From contig JBEKZP010000001.1 of assembly GCA_049509755.1 (NCBI GenBank), forward strand, positions 208,210 through 272,209: DNA of 64,000 bases, in the 5' to 3' direction. Made by a program: the position numbers and the translations under genes. Source of the DNA: Terriglobales bacterium (GTDB taxonomy: Bacteria > Acidobacteriota > Terriglobia > Terriglobales > Acidobacteriaceae). The notes beneath the pieces were generated by a model, which saw only the letters and a list, made by a program, of their open reading frames with translations, had not been told where the DNA came from and did not search any database. Shown one piece after another: positions 63,500-64,000 of the stretch (positions are counted from its first letter, which is position 1; each line of letters starts with the position of its first letter).

Positions 63500-63775
63500 C
63501 GAGCACATCCGGTCGGACAACGGCTGATGTTTCAGATCATCGGCGCCATGGCCGAGTTCGAGCGGGCACTGATCCAAGAGCGAGTCAGGGCAGGCTTGCG
63601 GAGCGTTTGCGCAAAGGGCAAACGGCTTGGAAGGCCCCGTCGCGAAGTAGACGCGAACAGAATTGCCGCTCTACGCGCGTCAGGGACTTCCTGGCGGGCG
63701 ATCTCGCGGGAGCTAGGTGCTGGTCTCGCCACTCTGTACCGCGCGGTAGCGGGACGCAGACATGCCGGATGGTAA
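63500..63775 (+). pseudogene. C-terminal fragment of a serine recombinase (resolvase/invertase). The catalytic N-terminal domain is absent
   Basis: GQRLMFQIIGAMAEFERALIQERVRAGLRSVCAKGKRLGRPR...IAALRASGTSWRAISRELGAGLATLYR matches the resolvase dimerisation helix plus HTH. The preceding 60 codons lack the YxRVS...Q catalytic motif. Confidence 0.6.
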
Positions 63776-64000
63776 CTGCTGCGCGGGTAGTTTCCGATAA
63801 GGTGGCAAGATTTTTTCGTTCCATTTCTGGAACAAGAAGTTGACAGCAGTTACCAGTGTCTATGTCGCAGCTATCCTCCCCCTAAGGAGACTCTGATTAA
63901 GTTCTCCACTTTCCACAAGTACTCAAGCTAAAGTGCAGCCAGATGAAGCCTCACAACAAACAGAGGACACTGGCGATGATGACCGGCTTTGAGCGGTACA

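Overview
This is a high-GC (roughly 65% by eye) bacterial chromosomal window. Gene content, a PEP-CTERM protein and many secreted proteins suggest a soil Acidobacteriota-like organism, but that is inference only. Most genes are on the minus strand and are ordinary housekeeping genes: prs, tRNA-Gln, ispE, a bactofilin, murJ, a hemY-hemH-hemE heme block, ridA, coaE, folD, a pseudouridine synthase, aroC, def-fmt-rsmB, a PASTA protein, PBP1A, a receiver protein and a Ctp protease.

The largest functional unit is a roughly 14.8-kb single-strand operon (16821-31592) matching the E. coli ygeW-ygfM/xdhD selenium-dependent molybdenum-hydroxylase purine-catabolism cluster. It contains YgeW carbamoyltransferase, carbamate kinase, SsnA, an M20 peptidase YgeY, a YgfK-like Fe-S protein that lacks the central flavin domain, a fused XdhD, the FAD subunit YgfM, a second amidohydrolase and two PLP enzymes.

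Other content includes a type III PKS plus FAD-oxidoreductase pair, a frameshifted class-III aminotransferase, and a visibly lower-GC island (about 37.1-48.8 kb) carrying an Ig-repeat lipoprotein, an L,D-transpeptidase, an SPFH protein and a complete Type III R-M system (mod-res) next to a Fis-type HTH remnant. There is also a MITE-like element in an AT-richer pocket, several small zinc-ribbon proteins (one missing from the ORF track), and a truncated tRNA-Met 5' half next to a truncated serine recombinase at the window's right edge.

Two unusual repeat systems pervade the intergenic space. The first is a set of hairpins whose arms are built from locus-specific tandem 7-9-mers, found at about 20 or more loci. 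The second is a dispersed roughly 30-nt element with consensus GAGCCTGCCCTGAGCGAAGTCGAAGGG, in at least nine copies, one of which sits in-frame inside ssnA. No CRISPR array or rRNA was seen.
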